Positions 21,074 to 31,064 of a stretch of DNA of 64,000 nucleotides are shown here, one piece after another. This DNA is from an uncultured Alphaproteobacteria bacterium (GTDB lineage Bacteria > Pseudomonadota > Alphaproteobacteria > Acetobacterales > Acetobacteraceae), in NCBI GenBank assembly GCA_963757115.1, contig CAVWQV010000001.1:127901-191900 (forward strand), written 5' to 3'. The translations under genes were made by a program, and so were the position numbers. Numbering within the stretch: the first letter of the stretch is position 1; each line of letters opens with the position of its first letter. The notes beneath the pieces are model-generated. The model saw only the letters and a list, made by a program, of their open reading frames with translations, was not told the origin of the DNA and did no database searches.

Positions 21074-22252
21074 GCCATCCTCCAGTGCTCTCCGGGGCCG
21101 CGTCCGTGCGTCGCGCCGTTGAGGGCGGGGCGGGAGAGCAATTCCACCAGCTCGCGCAGGCTCGCCAGATTGTGCACGGGGCGGAACTCGTCCACGTGCG
21201 GCAGCATGGCGCGAATGCCTTGCGATCTTGGCTCGAAGCCCGACCAGCGCAACAGCGGATTGAGCCAGATCAGCCTTGTGCAAGAGCGATGGAGCCGATC
21301 CATGTTCTCGGCCAAGCCATGCGCGCCGTCCCGGTCCAGCCCGTCGGTAATGAGCAGCACCACCGCCCCTTGCCCGAGCACGCGACGCGACCAATCGCGG
21401 TTGAAAGCCGCGATGGCCTCGCCGATCCGGGTGCCGCCCGACCAGTCCGGCACGATGTGCGCAACCGTCTGGAACGCCACCTCCGGATCCCGATGCCGGA
21501 GCTGACGGGTGATGTTGGTGAGCCTCGTGCCGAACAGGAACACGCTCACCCGGTCGCGGTCGTTCGTCACCGCATGGAGAAAGTGCAACAGAATCTGCTG
21601 CGTAGCGCGCCATTGATCCGGAGATGTCGCACAGCACCACCAGTGGCGGCGGCCGCGTTTCGCGCCGGGAGCGCGCGATCGACAGAATCTCGCCGCCGTG
21701 CCGGCGGTTCTCGCGGATGGTGCGCCTGAGGTCGATGCGGGGGCCAAGCGGGTCGGGGCGAAGCCGGCGGGTTGGGCGAAGGTCGAGCGGAAGTGTGAGC
21801 TTGCGAATGGCAGCCTTGGCCGCGGCGATCTCGTCGACACCCATTGCCTCGAAATCCATGCGTTGCAATCGTTCCTGGTCGCTGACGGTGAGCACCGCGT
21901 CGACCCTGGGCGGCTCGTCTTCGGGGGCGTCCCGGCGTGCGCGGGGCGGAGCAAACGCTTCGGCGACCCGCCGGCTGGCCGGGTCGGCGCGTTCGGGGCG
22001 CTTCTCCTTGCCGGCTTCCATCAAGGCCATCGCCGCCGCCTGCCGCGCGGCTTCCGGGTCGCGCCAGAACAGGGCGAAGGCCTGGTCGAACACCTCGGCG
22101 TGCTCGTGGCGATGGATCATCGTCGCTTTCAGCGCGGCTCGAGCTTCGCTCTTGTCGCCAAGATCAATCAGCGCCAGGGCGCGCATGGCCGCGATCGATT
22201 CTGACGGCCCGACGGGAAGTCCGGCGCGCCGCAGTAGCCGGGCGAAGTGCAT
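21070..22252 (-). pseudogene. coxE: CoxE-like VWA-domain protein, apparent frameshift near 21627
   Basis: N-terminal two-thirds in ORF 20747..22369 (MHFARLLRRAGLPVG...PPLVVLCDISGSMARYA). The C-terminal part (TQQILLHFLHAVTNDRDRVSVFLFGTRLTNITRQL...LLITDGLDRD) is in ORF 21070..21954. Confidence 0.7.
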
Positions 22253-22402
22253 CACATTGGCGCCGAGCGCGGCTGTCAGTCTGACTCTACCCCGCCGGAA
22301 TGGTGGCGTGCTTTCAGAGATCAGGTTGCCAGTCCAGAACTTGTTCCGGCGTGCTGCTCTGCCGCACATCGTCCTGGTAGAGGCTCCCCATCCGACCCCT
22401 GC

Positions 22403-23305
22403 TTACGCCGCGTCCGCCGTCTCGCGCGCTTCGCTCACCAGGCGGGCCGCTTGCGCGCCGCGTATCTTGGCGATGTCGTCCTGGTATTTCAGCAGAACCC
22501 CCAAGGTTTCATTCACCCGCTCGGGCGTCAGCTCGTGCTGATCGAGAAACCGCAGCGCATTGGCCCAATCGATCAACTCAGCAACCCCCGGCAGCTTGAA
22601 CAGGTCGGCGCCGCGCAGCCGCTGCACGAACGCCACGACCTGGGCGGACAGCATCCCGGGCACGCCGGGCGCCTTGGCGGCCAGGATGGCGCGTTCCCGC
22701 GCGGCGTTCGGGTAGTCCACCCAATGATAAAGACACCGGCGCCGGATCGCGTCGTGCACCTCGCGCGTGCGGTTGGACGTCAGCACCACAATCGGCCGAG
22801 TGCGCGAGCGCACGGTGCCGTATTCGGGAATGGTCAGCTGGAAATCGGCGAGCACCTCGAGCAGAAAGGCTTCGAACGGCTCGTCGGCCCGGTCGAGCTC
22901 GTCGATCAGCAGGACGGCCGGCGGCTGATCGGGGTCAATCGCCGAGAGGAGGGGGCGGGCCTGGAGGTATTCGCGCGTGTAGATATCGCGGCCGAGCGCG
23001 TCCCGGTCGGTCTCGCCGGACGCCTCGGCGAGCCTGATCGCCATCAGCTGCCGGGCGTGATCCCACTCATAGGCGGCGGCGGAAAGGTCCATCCCGTCGT
23101 AGCATTGCAGCCGCACGAGCCGGCGCTCGAGCCCTGCCGCCAGCACCTTCGCGATCTCGGTTTTGCCCGTACCGGGCTCGCCCTCCAGCAACAACGGGCG
23201 GCCCATCGACAGCGCCAGATGCACGGTGGTCGCCAGGTCGCGGTCGGCGATGTAGCCGTGGCTGGCCAAAAGGGCGGCGGTTGCCTCGACCGTGTCCGGT
23301 AACGC
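22403..23305 (-). CDS. coxD: MoxR-like AAA+ ATPase (CoxD-type)
   Basis: ORF 22403..23416 with a Walker A motif (LLLEGEPGTGKTEIAK) and a MoxR C-terminal region. The start is probably a GTG/TTG just downstream of the coxG stop; the exact start is uncertain. Confidence 0.75.
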   Translation of the reverse strand, partial: ALPDTVEATAALLASHGYIADRDLATTVHLALSMGRPLLLEGEPGTGKTEIAKVLAAGLERRLVRLQCYDGMDLSAAAYEWDHARQLMAIRLAEASGETDRDALGRDIYTREYLQARPLLSAIDPDQPPAVLLIDELDRADEPFEAFLLEVLADFQLTIPEYGTVRSRTRPIVVLTSNRTREVHDAIRRRCLYHWVDYPNAARERAILAAKAPGVPGMLSAQVVAFVQRLRGADLFKLPGVAELIDWANALRFLDQHELTPERVNETLGVLLKYQDDIAKIRGAQAARLVSEARETADAA

Positions 23306-23310
23306 CGCCA

Positions 23311-23988
23311 CTAGAGCGACTTTCCGTACAGCAACAGGAGCACGATGAGAAAGATGACCATGCCGATCCAGGCTACCAGCGGCAGTCCGAGCGGCTCGCG
23401 CGGGATCAAGGACCACACGCTGACAACGGCGGGCGGGGGCGTCTGAGGTTGCGTCGGGAACGGCGCCGAGGTGGTCGGGTAGGTCTCCTGGGTGGCGCCC
23501 GCGTCGGCGATTTTGGAAGCCTGCGTCACCATGGGTTCGATCGGCTGACCCAACGTGAGCTGGCCGGTGAAGCGGTCGAAGAACTGATCGGCCATCGATT
23601 TCGCGGTCGCGTCGATCAGCCGAGCCCCCAATTGCGCGATCTTGCCACCCACCTGGGCCTGGACCGCATAGCGCAGCAGGGTGGCACCTGCGTCGTCCGT
23701 GAGGTTGACCTTTGCACCACCCTTAGCGAAGCCGGCGACGCCGCCTTGGCCCTCGCCGCTGATCGTGTAGCTGTTCGGCGGATCGAGATCGGCGAGCTGA
23801 ACGCGGCCGTTGAACCGGGCGGCGATCGGCCCGATCTTCACCGCGGCCGTGGCCTTCATCTCGTGATCGCTGGTTTTTTCCAGCGTCTCGCAGCCGGGAA
23901 TGCAGCCTTTCAGAACCTGAGGATCGTTCAGGGCGTTCCAGACCCTCTCGCGCGACACCGGGATGCGCCGCTCGCCGGTCATATCCAT
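23311..23988 (-). CDS. coxG: CoxG-like SRPBCC protein with C-terminal membrane anchor
   Basis: 225 aa: MDMTGERRIPVSRERVWNALNDPQVLKGCIPGCE... with a hydrophobic C-terminal tail (LVAWIGMVIFLIVLLLLY). Confidence 0.75.
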   Translation of the reverse strand: MDMTGERRIPVSRERVWNALNDPQVLKGCIPGCETLEKTSDHEMKATAAVKIGPIAARFNGRVQLADLDPPNSYTISGEGQGGVAGFAKGGAKVNLTDDAGATLLRYAVQAQVGGKIAQLGARLIDATAKSMADQFFDRFTGQLTLGQPIEPMVTQASKIADAGATQETYPTTSAPFPTQPQTPPPAVVSVWSLIPREPLGLPLVAWIGMVIFLIVLLLLYGKSL

Positions 23989-24083
23989 TCAAACTGTTCT
24001 CCGTAAAGCGCGGCGGAAGTTACTGGCAGGGTTCCGGGCATGCAACCGAGCTACTTACCCTTCGGACCGCCCCGAGAAACGGC

Positions 24084-25473
24084 ATGATCACAGCAAAGCG
24101 CGCGGTCCTGTTCGGTTCCGCTTGTCTCGTGCCCGCATCGGCATACGCCGCGCCGGTCGACGCGGCACCGGCGGCGGTCTGGGGCCTGCCATTCGCCGCA
24201 ATGCTGCTCTCGATCGCGCTCATGCCGATGCTGGCCCCCCGATTTTGGCATCGCCGCATGAACCTCGTGGCGCTTGCCTGGAGCCTCGCCCTGCTCGTCC
24301 CGCTGGTGATCGCGTCGGGTGCCGCCGCTGCCTTCGCGTTGGCGTGGCATGCCCTGATCGCCGAATACCTGCCCTTCGTGACCCTGCTGCTCGCACTTTA
24401 CACCACGGCGGGCGGAGTCCTGGTCCGCGGCGCTGGGACCGGCAGCCCGGCCGGGAACACGCTCCTGCTCGCCGTCGGGTCCTGTGATGGCCGGGGTGAT
24501 GGGGACGACCGGCGCTGCTATGGTCATGATCCACCCGTTCCTCGCCTCAAACTCGCACCGGACGCGAAAGACTCACCTCGTCGTGTTCTTCATCGCTCTG
24601 GTCGCGAACGCTGGGGGCGCCCTCACCCCGCTCGGCGATCCGCCGCTTTACATCGGTTATCTCCATGGCGTCCCGTTCTCGTGGCCGCTGTTCCACCTTG
24701 CGCTGCCGCTTCTGGCGATCGCCTTGCCGCTGCTGATCGCGTTCTATTTTGTGGACCGGCGTTTTGCCGCGGCGGACCCGCCGCCGACCGAACGCGAACG
24801 CTTCCGCCTGCGCGGCCTGGCCAACGTCGCCCTGATCGGGGTGGTGATCGCGACCGTGTTGGCAAGCGGTTCGTGGCACCCGGGCGAGGTGAGGCTGCTC
24901 GGATTGCAGATGGAGATCAGCCGCTTAGCCGGCGTCGGCATGTTCCTGCTGGTGACTTTGATGTCCGTCGCAGTCACGCCGCGCGCCGTCCGGCAAGGCA
25001 ACATGTTCTCCTGGCACCCGATGCAGGAGGTCGCGGTTCTGTTCGCCGCCATCTTCGTCACGATCGCTCCCGTGCTCGCCATGCTGGAAGCCGGCTTCCA
25101 CGGGCCGCTCGCGCCGTTGCTGCGGATCACCGTCGACGGCGGCGGGCATCCGGTGCCACTCGCCTATTTCTGGCTTACGGGCCTCCTCTCGGCGTTTCTC
25201 GACAACGCGCCGACCTACCTCGTGTTCTTCGGCCTGGCGGGGGACGACCCGGTGCTGTTGACCGGCCCGCTCAATCATATCCTGGTGGCGATCTCGTCGG
25301 GCGCGGTGTTCTTTGGGGCGCTCACCTACATCGGCAACGCCCCCAATCTCATGCTGCGCGCCATTGCGTCGCATCGCGGCGTGCGGATGCCCGACTTCTT
25401 CGGCTACATGGCGTGGTCATGCGCGTTGCTGATGCCTTGCTTCCTCCTGCTGTCCCTCCTGTTCTTCCGTTAG
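24084..25473 (+). pseudogene. sodium:proton antiporter-like membrane protein, apparent frameshift near 24480
   Basis: N-terminal about 130 aa in ORF 24084..25478. The remainder (MIHPFLASNSHRTRKTHLVVFFIALVANAGGALTPLGDPPLYIGYLHGVPF...) is in ORF 24484..25473. Confidence 0.55.
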
Positions 25474-25520
25474 GCTGACGCACAGCTTTCGTGCCGCAAT
25501 TGCATCCGGGAGTTCCGCCC

Positions 25521-26440
25521 ATGACCTATCTCGTCGCCGACGCGTTGCCCGCAGCGCCGGCGGGCCAGCGCTTCCGCGAATTGGTGGCACGGGGCGGCAT
25601 CTTGCAGATGCCGGGCGCCTATAACGGGCTCGCGGCGCTGCAGGCCAAGGCCGCGGGCTTCGATGCGCTTTACCTTTCGGGCGCCGCGATGACGGCGTCC
25701 ATGGGCATCCCGGATCTCGGCATGATCACGGTGGACGAGGTGTGCTTCTTCGTCCGCCAGATCACCCGCGCAGCCGGGCTGCCCCTGCTCGTGGACGGCG
25801 ACACGGGCTACGGCGAAGCGCTGAACGTGATGCACATGGTGCGCTCCTTCGAGGATGCCGGCGCCGCCGCGGTGCATATCGAGGATCAGCTGCTGCCCAA
25901 GAAATGTGGGCATCTCAACGACAAGAAGCTGGCCGATCCGCAGGACATGGCCGCCAAGATCGCCGCTGCCGCCCGCGCGCGACGGCACCTCTACTCATTG
26001 CCCGAACCGATGCCGCCGCGAGCGAAGGGCTGGACGGCGCAGTCGCCCGGGCGAAGCTGTTCATCGAAGCCGGGGCCGACGCGATCTTCCCCGAAGCGCT
26101 CAACACCGCCGAGATGTTCCGGGAGTTCGCCGCCCGCATGGAGGGCGTGAAGCTGCTCGCCAACATGACCGAGTTCGGCCGCACGCCTTTCTTCACCGCG
26201 AGCGAGTTCGAGGCGATGGGCTACCGCATGGTGATCTGGCCGGTCAGCTCGCTTCGCGTCGCGGCCAAAGCGCAGGGTGAGCTCTACGGCTCGATCCGTC
26301 GCGAAGGCGGCACGCACGCGCATGGTGGATCGGATGCAGACCCGCGCCGAACTTTACGCCACGATCGGCTATCACGAGTACGAGGCGCTCGACGCCTCCA
26401 TCGTCACGACGGTCATTCCGCAAGCGATGCCGCAACGCTA
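25521..26440 (+). pseudogene. isocitrate-lyase/PEP-mutase family enzyme (methylisocitrate lyase PrpB-like), about 2 apparent frameshifts
   Basis: N-terminus in ORF 25491..26150 (...PLLVDGDTGYGEALNVMHMVRSFEDAGAAAVHIEDQLLPKKCGHLNDKKL). The middle is in ORF 25742..26488 (IARTDAAASEGLDGAVARAKLFIEAGADAIFPEAL...). The tail is in a third frame, ending at about 26440. Confidence 0.65.
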
Positions 26441-26511
26441 GCTCAGGTTGCGCCGCTTCCGAACGGGGTTTATGTTGGCATTTGTTAACAACAAATCCAC
26501 GGAGGGACGAA

Positions 26512-26982
26512 ATGGCCGAGAGCAAGAACGAACGCGACGCCGCACGCAATGCCGGCCTGGGCGAAATCTTCGTGCAAACCGGCAGCCAGCCGTGGCTGAG
26601 CTTCTCCCCGGGCATCGAGTTCAAGGTGCTGCGGACCAGCCAGGAGACAGGGGCCTGGAGCGTGCTTTTCAAATGCGCGGCCGGCTCGAACTTCGCGCGG
26701 CACGAACACCTCGCAGCGGGCGAGTACCTCATGGTGTCCGGCACCATGGAGCTGCGCGGCGGCGAGGATCGGGGCGGGGTGACGGCCCGACCTGGCGACT
26801 ACGGCTACGAGGCGAACGGGTCGATCCACGACGACACCAATTTCCCCGAAGAATGCGTGCTCTACTTCACCAATTTCGGGCCGATCCGCTTCATCAACGA
26901 CAACGACGAAACGGTGTTCGTGCTGGATTACCGGGCGTTGCTCGCCGCCGAAGCGGCCGCGAAGCAGAAGCTAGCCGCATAA
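26512..26982 (+). CDS. cupin-fold protein (2,4'-dihydroxyacetophenone dioxygenase-like family)
   Basis: Internal ATG (MAESKNERDAARNAGLGEIFVQTGSQPWLSFSPGIEFKVLRTSQETGAWSVLFKCAAGSNFARHEHLAAGEYLMVSG). Confidence 0.6.
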   Translation: MAESKNERDAARNAGLGEIFVQTGSQPWLSFSPGIEFKVLRTSQETGAWSVLFKCAAGSNFARHEHLAAGEYLMVSGTMELRGGEDRGGVTARPGDYGYEANGSIHDDTNFPEECVLYFTNFGPIRFINDNDETVFVLDYRALLAAEAAAKQKLAA

Positions 26983-27113
26983 CAGCGAGCGGTTACGCTC
27001 AGGCCAACTCGGCGGATGCCGCCGGTCCGCTCGCCGGCGGCGCCTGATGCCGAGCGACCACCTCTGCACCGGGCGTGGCTAGCCGCTCGTCGAACAGCAG
27101 CAGCCGCCCCGCG

Positions 27114-28926
27114 TTACCGACGCCCAGGAACGTTGAGAAGTTGTGCAGGAGGGCCGCGATGACCGCGCCCTCCGCCCCGAGCGCGCCGGCGGCGGCGAGC
27201 GCCATCAGCACCACCGTCCAGCCGAGCCCGAGCGCCACATTGACGTCGATCGTGCTGCGGCAGCGACGGCTTAGCCGGATGCCGGTCGCGACCCGGCGCA
27301 AGATCGCTGGTCATCAGCACGAGATCGGCGGACGCAAGCGCCACGTCGGTGCCCTGCGCACCCATCGCGATGCCGACCGCGCCCGCCTTCAGCGCCAGCG
27401 AATCGTTGATGCCGTCGCCGATCACCATGGGCCGGAAGCCGGCACGCACTTCGCCTAGCACCCTGCGCATCTTCTGCTCGGGCAGCGCCTCGGCCTCGAC
27501 GGCCTTGATGCCCAGCAGCCCCGCATCCGGCGCGCGACCGGCGTGCGGTCGCCGGTGAGCAGCATCCTGCCGCTCGAGCCCGAGCGCGCGCAGTGACTGC
27601 AAGCGCTGCCGCCGCCTCCGGCCGCGGCTGGTCGGCGAACAGCAGCCAGCCGAGGAACTGCCCGCCCGCGGCTCACCCCGGCGATCGGGCCGTCATGCGC
27701 CGGCGGCGGCGGCGTTATCGACCCCCAAGCTCGCGAACAAGGCGGGCCGCCCGAGCGCAACAGGCGCTCCGTCCGCAGATCGCGGTAACGCCGAGCCCGC
27801 CGGCTTCGCGGACTTCGTCGAGCGGGAGGCGGCCAGCGGTCGCTCGCCCGCTCCGCCGCGCGGCTGACCGGGTGATTGCTCGCCGCGCCCAAGCTCGCAG
27901 CCAAGCGGAGCAGGTCCGCGAGCGGTTCGCCTTCCGCCGGCTCGGCGCCGACCAGGGTGAGCTCGCCGGTGGTCAAGGTCCCCGTCTTGTCGAACACGAC
28001 CGAGGTCGACGCTCGCGAGGTTCTCCAGGAACGCCGACCCCTTGATGAGGATGCCGTGCCGCGCCGCGACCGCGATCGCCGCGATGGCCGTCGCTGGCGC
28101 CGCGAGCACGAGGGCGCAGGGGCACGACGCGACGAGCACGGCGAGCGCCGCGGCGGTGTCGCCGCTCGCGAACCACGTGCCGGCCGCAACCAGCAGCACC
28201 AGGCTGAGATACGGGCCAGCATAGCGTTCGAGCAGGCGAGCGATCACCGGCGGCTTGGCGCGCTCGGCTGTCGCGCATGAGGCCGATGATCTTGCCGAGC
28301 GTGCTGTCCGCGCCGACCCGCGTGACCTCGAGCTCCAGCAGCCCGTCGGTGTTGATGCAGCCGGCGAGCGCGGCGTCGCCCACGCCCACGTCGACCGGCA
28401 CCGATCTCGCCGGTGAGCGAGGCCATGTCGAGGCTCGCCGCGCCGCGCCGGACGATCCCGTCCGCCGGAACCCGATCGCCCGCTCGCAGCAGCAGGACGA
28501 TCGCCGGGACGCAGGACCTCGGTGGGCACCACGCTGGTCGTCCCGTCCGCCTCGAGCCGCAGCGTCGTCGTGTCGGTCGAGCCGTCCGAGCGCGCGGATC
28601 GCCTCGCGCGAGCCGAGCAGGCTCCGCTCCTCGAGCACATGGCCGAGGATCATCACGATCGGCAGCACCGCCGCGGTCAACAGGTCGCCGCTCGCCCAGG
28701 CGGCGATAAGCGCGAGCGCGATCAGCCGGTCGGTCACGCCGTGCAGGCTCGGATGGCGCAGGCTGTGCCAGGCCGCAGTGAGGACCGGGACCGCCACGAG
28801 CAGCGCCGCTGCGCCCGCGACAAGCTCCGCCAGCGCGCCCGCGTCCGGGAACAGGACGACGCAGGCCAGTGCCAGCGCGAGCAGGCCGGCGGCGAGCAGG
28901 GCCAAGGTCAGTCGCACGCCGAGCAA
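27114..28926 (-). pseudogene. heavy-metal-translocating P1B-type ATPase (CPC motif, no N-terminal metal-binding domain seen), at least 4 apparent frameshifts
   Basis: Pieces in four overlapping minus-strand ORFs: TM N-terminus with GHVLEERSLLGSREAIRALG (27973..28926), SCPCALVLAAP (27693..28640), VVFDKTGTLTTGEL (27455..28222), GDGINDSLALKAGAVGIAMG...DLVLMTSDL (27114..27602). Confidence 0.7.
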
Positions 28927-29376
28927 CAGCCGCTCCCGGCCGGCCAGCAGATTGCCGAGCGGGCGGCTCGGGCGCGGACGCAGCGGCGGCGCTCACTGCG
29001 CGTTGCCCGGCAGGACGACGCGGAGGTCGCCGCGGCCGTCGACCACCTGTACGGCGGCGGCTTGACGCAACACGGCGGCGATGCGCTCGCGATACACCTG
29101 GTCGAGCAACGCCGGCCGGCGTCGCCGGGTCCATGCGTTGCGCCAGGGCCGTGATCGCCGCCGTTTTGGTGCGGGCGTCGCCGAGCCGCTCTTCCGCGGC
29201 GGCCCGCGCCTCGGTGATCAGCCGGTCCCGGTCCCGATCGCCCCCCTGCAGGCTGCGGGCGGCGTCCGCGCGGGCTTCCGCGAGCCCCTGATCGGCCGAT
29301 CTGCCCGGCGTTCAGCACCGCATCGAACGCCATTTTTGCGCCGCGGCGGGAGGAGCGCAGTGACGTCATGCCCGCG

Positions 29377-30037
29377 TCACCTCCACCCCGAGCCCGGCAC
29401 CTGCCCGCTCCAGATGCCCGGAGCCGGCCGTTGACCGCCGCCATCAACTCGCCTCTGAGCGCCTCCCGACGCGACGCGCGGCCGGCGTCGCCGGCAGCGC
29501 TCGGGACGCACCGCGAGGACGTCGTCGAGCTGGCGACCGGCCGCGACCGCGACCGCGCTGGCGAGGAACAGCCGCCGCAGCGCCGCGGGCGACGTGGGCG
29601 GCCGCCAGCAGGTATTCCCGCGCGTCCGCGATGCGCCAGGTAAGCGTGGTGTCCAGCAGCACGATCCCGCCATCGCCCGACAGAAAGGCCCCCGCATCCT
29701 CCGGAACGACCTCCGACGAGGCCTGGCCGGCAGCGATGCCGGGCGCTCGCGCGGTGCGCGCCTCGATCCGGAGGTCAAGTTGACGGTTGGGGCCAGCCAG
29801 CAGCACGACCTGCTCGATCGGCCGCGGCCAGGCAAGCACCAGCCCGGACTGCTGCACTCGCACCACCTGCCCGAAGCGCAGCACCACGGCCTGCATCTCG
29901 GGCGGCACCGGCCGCACGTTGGAGGCGAGCCAGACAACGGCGAGCGCGGCGGTCACGAGCTGGAGCAGGCGGAACCCGATGCGGACCGATTGGACGATCG
30001 GGCCGTCGGCCGCCGGAGCCAGCGCGCCTTCGCTCAT
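29377..30037 (-). pseudogene. SPFH/band-7 domain protein (third of a triad), apparently frameshifted; boundaries uncertain
   Basis: MSEGALAPAADGPIVQSVRIGFRLLQLVTAALAVVWLASNVRPVPPEMQAVVLRFGQVVRV... in ORF 29444..30187. A plausible continuation (...AVAAGRQLDDVLAVRPER) is in ORF 29377..29937. Confidence 0.45.
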
Positions 30038-30206
30038 TTGCCGGGATCCACCGCCGCGATGCCGCCGGACGTGGCCTGCGCCGGGCCCTGCACCAGCACG
30101 TTGAACGGCGCGGCGTCGGTGCGGAGGATCAGCCGGGCGTTGCCGCCCACCACGGCGGCGAGCGAGTCGAGCGAGCGCAAGAGTCATGTACAGCTTCGGG
30201 TCGCCC

Positions 30207-31062
30207 TCATAGGCGCGTGCCTGGATCGCGGCCGCATCGCGTCGCGACTGCCGCGTCGATCGCCGCCGCTTCGGTGCGGGCCCGAGCGACCGTGATGCGG
30301 GCGTCGCGCGTGGCGTCCGAGCGGATCGCCGAGGCGGCGCGCATCCCCTCCGCGGTGCGCTCGGCGGCTACCGTTTCGCGCTCGGAGCGCATCCGCGACA
30401 CGGTGGCTGCCAGTGTGCTTTCCGGCAGGCTGAGCCGCTCGATGCCGACCTGCCGGACCGCGACACCATAAATATCGTGCATCTGGGCGGCCACTTGCGC
30501 TTGCAGGCGGCTCTCGAACGCGGCGAGCTGGAGGTGTCCGCGGTCGGTGTTGACGAGCTCGGCGAGGTCGAAGGAGCTCGCGGTCACCTGCAGGGCGGAA
30601 CCAACGAAGCTGCGGAGCTGCCGCGCTGCCTCGTCCGGATCGTTGCGCACCGCGCGCAGGAATTGCCGGATTGCGCCGGGTTCGGCCGGCACCTGCCACG
30701 CGACATAGGCTTGCACGAGAACGCGCAGCCCGTCGCTGGTCCCGACGTCCTGCAAGCCCGGTCGACGTGGTCCGGAGCCGCAGATCGACGGGGATGGCGC
30801 TCTGCACGGGCGCAGGGATCTTCCAGGCCACGCCGGGGGCGGTCAGCACGCGCAGAGGATCGCCGAACTGCGACACGACGACGGCGTGGCCGGCCTCCAC
30901 CACCACCACGGACGCGGCAAGGCCGCCGCCGAGAAGCAGGAGGGCGGCGATGGCGAACCGCGCGGCCAGGCGCCAACCCGGGCGCGCAACGGGCTCGTCC
31001 GGCCGGTGCGCATGGTGGTGGTCGCTCTCATCGTGGTCATGGTGGTGGTGGGCGTGCAGCAT
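30207..31062 (-). pseudogene. HflC-like SPFH membrane protein with His-rich N-terminus, apparent frameshift near 30745
   Basis: N-terminus MLHAHHHHDHDESDHHHAHRP + TM + VVSQFGDPLRVLTAPGVAWKIP in ORF 30184..31062. The SPFH core and coiled-coil tail are in ORF 30207..30755. Confidence 0.6.
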
Positions 31063-31064
31063 CG

